Positions 60,607 through 64,000 of a DNA stretch of 64,000 nt are shown here, piece after piece (position 1 is the first letter of the stretch; each line of letters starts with the position of its first letter). This DNA comes from an uncultured Acidobacteriota bacterium (GTDB lineage: Bacteria > Acidobacteriota > Terriglobia > Acidiferrales > UBA7541): contig CAWIEL010000062.1 of NCBI GenBank assembly GCA_963835025.1, positions 2,005 to 66,004 on the forward strand. Reading direction: 5' to 3'. Under the pieces are notes generated by a model. The model was not told the origin of the DNA. It did not search any database and saw only the letters and a program-made list of their open reading frames with translations. Both the position numbers and the translations under genes were made by a program.

Positions 60607-61448
60607 TCACCACTGATAGTCGATGCCCATTTCGGCGAGAGACCCTTCAGGTAGAACTGCGAAGAACTCCTTGATTTTGTTCCTGATAGGCGGAGCGAGA
60701 GGCTGCTCGGATCGATCTCTCATTCCCTCGCCTGGTCTTTCAGATCGCGGAACAGGGCCGGACCCTCGAAGGAGAAATCGAGCTCCGTCGCATCTTGCAC
60801 ATGGAAAACGATCATCATGCCGATGCCCGGCCAGGAGGCGAATGGCCTTGAGCGTCCTTGGGGATCGTCGATCAGATCGCTGATGACGACGACCAGCCCG
60901 CGGCGTTTCAGCTTCCGCAGACCGTCGCCCGCAAACTGGCGGCCACATCGGTTTCCGCGCGGGGCATTGCGGACCATCGCCGCCATCAGTTGCCGCAGGT
61001 GCGAGCGCCGGCAGCGCGGCGGCACAAACAAGCCCGGCGCACTGCGCCGAACATCGCCATGCCGACGGCGTCCTGCTGCCGCACCATCAGGTAAGCGAGG
61101 CACGTCGCCAGGAAGCAGGAGTAATCCCATTTGGTCAACAGGCCGGTGCCGTAGCCCATCGACGCGGAATGATCGAGCAAGAGATGGCAGCGCAGGTTCG
61201 TCTCTTCCTCGAAACGCTTGATGTAATAGTGATCGGTGCGGGCGTACAAGGCCCAGTCGAGATACTTCAGATCATCGCCCGGCACATATTCGCGATGCTC
61301 GGCAAACTCGACCGAAAACCCATGATACGGGACTTTTATGCAGTCCGCTCAAGAAACCCTCGACGACGACCTTGGCCAACAGCGGCGAGAAGCCGACCTT
61401 GGCCAGAATCGCGGGATCGAGATAACGCTGCGGATCGAGCCCGTGCAT
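60607..61448 (-). pseudogene. DUF58 (vWA-like, MoxR-associated) protein, at least three frameshifts and an in-frame TGA
   Basis: MHGLDPQRYLDPAILAKVG..GLHKSP/YHGFSVEFAEHREYVPGDDLKYLDWALYARTDHYYIKRFEEETNL..LLLDHSASMGYG, ..RRGLVVVISDLIDDP and ..MGIDYQW* lie in different frames. After the TGA at 60607-60609 the same frame continues HAESYGLALTAYLDRRR, which looks like the native DUF58 C-terminus. Confidence 0.75.
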
Positions 61449-61643
61449 GCCTCGGCAAGCGTCGGCCCCTCCGCGGCGACGACGGCGCGGTGCAGACGCT
61501 GGAAGAGCGTTCGGGCCTGCCGGCCGCAGGTTGTGAAGCCAGGAGAGGGTTAAGAGCTTTGCATATGGGAGAACGATGAGTTTACGTTAAGCCCCGACTC
61601 GCAGACGTGAATGCGTTCCTGGAGTCTCGGCTAAACGGTGGAG

Positions 61644-62644
<1,001 letters not shown>

Positions 62645-62804
62645 GAGGAGGAAAATCTTCGTGGCAGGGGTGGGGTGGGTGGGGCGTACCATGTTGATTA
62701 CATGGGTTGAAGTGGCTTCCGTCAAGGGTGGAAGAATTTCGAGCTTTACCGCGAACCCGCTGGGCCGTTAGCGCGTCCATCCTCTGCCAACCGCAGTTGG
62801 TTCT

Positions 62805-62877
62805 GGTGCATTGGTGTAGCGGCTCTGCACACTGCCTTGTCAAGGCAAAGGTACGGGATCGACACCCGTATGCACCG
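62805..62877 (+). tRNA. tRNA-Asp-like (anticodon GTC), non-canonical, no encoded CCA
   Basis: Manual fold: GGTGCAT TG GTGT AGCGGCTCT GCAC A CTGCC TTGTCAA GGCAA AGGT ACGGG ATCGACA CCCGT ATGCACC G. Deviations are A instead of T at position 54 of the T-loop and a C27/A43 mismatch. Confidence 0.6.
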
Positions 62878-62889
62878 CTGTGTGAACAT

Positions 62890-62964
62890 GCCCTGGCGGA
62901 CCAGTCAGGAGTGGTCGTCACCCTCTCAAGGTGAAGAGCGTGGGTTCAAATCCCACCCAGGGTA
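62890..62964 (+). tRNA. tRNA-Glu-like (anticodon CTC), non-canonical, no encoded CCA
   Basis: Manual fold: GCCCTGG CG GACC AGTCAGGAGT GGTC G TCACC CTCTCAA GGTGA AGAGC GTGGG TTCAAAT CCCAC CCAGGGT A. Position 8 is C instead of the near-universal U, and 1:72 is a G:T pair. Confidence 0.6.
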
Positions 62965-62968
62965 CACT

Positions 62969-63053
62969 GGAAGGCAGCCGGATATGGCTCGCCGGGCCGG
63001 TCCGCTAAACCGGAGACCGCAAGGTCATGAGGGTTCGACTCCCTCGCCTTCCG
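62969..63053 (+). tRNA. Type-II tRNA-Ser-like (anticodon GCT), non-canonical, no encoded CCA
   Basis: Manual fold: GGAAGGC AG CCGG ATATGGCTCG CCGG G CCGGT CCGCTAA ACCGG AGACCGCAAGGTCAT (long variable arm GACC/GGTC) GAGGG TTCGACT CCCTC GCCTTCC G. Position 8 is A and position 33 is C instead of U. Confidence 0.55.
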
Positions 63054-63096
63054 CTCGATTAAAGTTACACTCCGCACGGACAGGAATGATGCCAAG

Positions 63097-63238
63097 GGGT
63101 GGCCGGGGCTGGTACGGTAGTCCGCGACAGCTAACTACTACAAACCAAGCCCTGGCTGTGGTGCCAACCCACCGGGAAATCGGGGCTTGCCAAACACCGT
63201 GTGACATTTTTAGAAACTTGTCCCAGCCCCGGCCACCC
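63097..63238. repeat. Perfect 16-bp GC-rich inverted repeat enclosing 110 nt
   Basis: gggtggccggggctgg (63097-63112) is the exact reverse complement of ccagccccggccaccc (63223-63238). Nested pairings lie inside: caagccc (63147-63153) pairs with gggcttg (63183-63189), and ggtg with cacc. Confidence 0.85.
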
Positions 63239-63239
63239 G

Positions 63240-63293
63240 GAAAAGTGTCAATCTCCCCCAGGTTGAGAATAATTTTCAAGAAAACGTCAATCT
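63240..63293. repeat. Direct repeat pair with core GTCAATCT, 39 bp apart
   Basis: The two copies are gaaaagtgtcaatct (63240-63254) and gaaaacgtcaatct (63280-63293). Each is followed by a short C-run. Confidence 0.7.
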
Positions 63294-63373
63294 GCCCAAT
63301 TTTCCTGTCCGCCTTCCCCACCGCATCCGCATTAAGTTGTTAGCAGGGGACAAAGGAATCAAGGATGAGAACG

Positions 63374-63430
63374 GAGAGGAAGCCGGGAACAGAGAGGCAC
63401 GGACGCGACCAGAGAAGAGGCCGGGAACAG
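63374..63430. repeat. Direct repeat pair (17/19 identical), 38 bp apart
   Basis: The two copies are gagaggaagccgggaacag (63374-63392) and gagaagaggccgggaacag (63412-63430). Confidence 0.7.
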
Positions 63431-63922
63431 CCACGGTGATGGGCATGTTGCCTGCCTCCACCGCCGCCAGCAGACGTTGTTCGCCATGCTCAAGCAGGAA
63501 TAGTACGCTGGAGATGTAATCGTATGAAAGTCCGGTCTTGGCGGCAATCATCTTACTGTCATAGCCTTTGGGATTGAATTTCGACCGCTTGCAATAAATC
63601 CATCGTGCGGTGCTGACGCCGCGCCAGGTTTTCCACCAGGCTCATGATAAGCGCCTCTTCCTCAGTGGCATCAACGACAATGGCCGGAATAGTTTTCTTG
63701 CCCATTTGTATGAAGGCCTCCATACGCCCTTGGCCGCAAATAAGGTCATAATCCTTATCTTGAACGGCTGATCCCTCGCGTACTGTAATCGGTCGTTTCA
63801 AGCCCACATTCCCGATATTTTCAACAATCGACCGGAAAATCTTCTGGTTGCGCACGCGCGGGTTAAGGATATTGATCCAATTAATCGCAATCGTTTGGAT
63901 GGTAGCATCTACTTTTACTCAT
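63430..63922 (-). pseudogene. ParB/Srx-fold N-terminal-domain protein with HTH segment, frameshifted and probably 3'-truncated
   Basis: ATG at 63922 (MSK..) is out of frame with VDATIQTIAINWINILNPRVRNQKIFRSIVENIGNVGLKRPITV..ICGQGRMEAF..MSLVENLARRQH. The shift lies in an A-run. A second shift near 63555 joins to KGYDSKMIAAKTGLSYDYISSVLFLLEHGEQRLLAAVEAGNMPITVAV. After about 63430 no frame looks protein-like. Confidence 0.6.
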
Positions 63923-64000
63923 GCTAACTCCCTAATGTCTATTTGCTCGGTTAAAAGAAAAAATGGCTCTAGCGTGTCAAAACAATACGCATCCAGTGCT
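63919..64000 (-). CDS. 3' end of an upstream gene (partial, window edge), stop overlaps the ParB-like start (ATGA)
   Basis: The minus frame reads ..ALDAYCFDTLEPFFLLTEQIDIRELA*. Its TGA shares bases with the ATG at 63922. The product cannot be identified from 26 codons. Confidence 0.3.
   Translation of the reverse strand, partial: ALDAYCFDTLEPFFLLTEQIDIRELA

Noticed and set aside
59852-60609. TGA recoding (selenocysteine or alternative genetic code) to explain the two in-frame TGAs
   Set aside because: Many well-supported genes in the window, such as the thiolase at 11720-11722 and the ABC ATPase at 2557-2559, terminate at TGA at the expected protein ends. No SECIS-like context was evident, and both genes also carry multiple frameshifts.
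62650-62771. 37-codon plus-strand ORF (GTG 62661) preceded by a GAGGAGG Shine-Dalgarno-like sequence
   Set aside because: The apparent Shine-Dalgarno is just the reverse complement of the CCTCCTC preceding the moxR ATG. The peptide is Gly/Val/Trp-rich because it reads through the G-quadruplex motif, and there is no supporting evidence.
62700-62804. Possible fourth tRNA upstream of the array (contains a ttcgag T-loop-like string and GGGTT/AACCC ends)
   Set aside because: No 5-bp T-stem flanks the putative T-loop. The acceptor pairing breaks after 5 bp, and the candidate is only ~56 nt long.
63097-63238. Retron msr/msd or tmRNA interpretation of the inverted-repeat-bounded 142-nt unit
   Set aside because: There is no reverse-transcriptase gene nearby, no tRNA-Ala-like acceptor or T-arm, and no tag-peptide reading frame ending in ..LAA. 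It is kept only as an unassigned structured element.
62837-63343. 168-aa ORF spanning the tRNA array and the inverted repeat
   Set aside because: It reads straight through three cloverleaf-forming sequences and a 16-bp perfect palindrome, so it is not credible as coding.

Overview
A 64-kb, high-GC chromosomal segment. Its gene content points to Acidobacteriota/Terriglobia: a carboxypeptidase-regulatory-like TonB receptor, multi-PAS sigma-54 activators, and TPR tails of the type ...WKDADP.IP....AK.EYAKL. That placement is an inference from recall; no database was searched.

The intact core runs from about 7.1 to 56 kb. It encodes:
- an Ig-repeat lipoprotein, MsrB and a PaaJ/PcaF-type thiolase
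- an AttEFGH-like ABC operon, an MscS channel and a sugar porter
- a minus-strand stress cluster (ferritin-like, YtxH, glycine-zipper stress protein, BON, DUF1003, PP2C phosphatase)
- a cyclic beta-1,2-glucan neighbourhood: an MsbA/ChvA-type ABC exporter, a GH144-like glucanase, two orphan response regulators, and a ~2,930-codon Cgs with one frameshift
- PoxB, two MFS transporters and an ECF sigma factor
- a STAS-like gene coupled to a sensor-less sigma-54 activator, divergent from a 7-PAS sigma-54 activator
- tRNA-Lys, an SDR and phosphatidylcholine synthase

Both flanks are decay zones.
- Positions 81-6910 hold an integrase pseudogene, an ArgJ shard, an IS21 stub, a truncated HAD, a frameshifted ABC ATPase and a frameshifted TonB receptor.
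- Positions 56.1-63.9 kb hold a chimeric ORF, a heavily frameshifted beta-propeller/phosphoesterase, and degraded DUF58, MoxR and ParB-like genes.

Four signals are not explained by genes:
- a 152-bp MITE with perfect 18-bp terminal inverted repeats and a perfect 10-bp target-site duplication, just upstream of pcs
- a tight array of three non-canonical tRNA genes that lack an encoded CCA
- a repeat-rich 380-bp non-coding stretch next to AT-rich ParB-like genes
- a G-quadruplex motif

I saw no CRISPR array, rRNA or recognisable defence system. All family assignments come from motif recall and manual folding.
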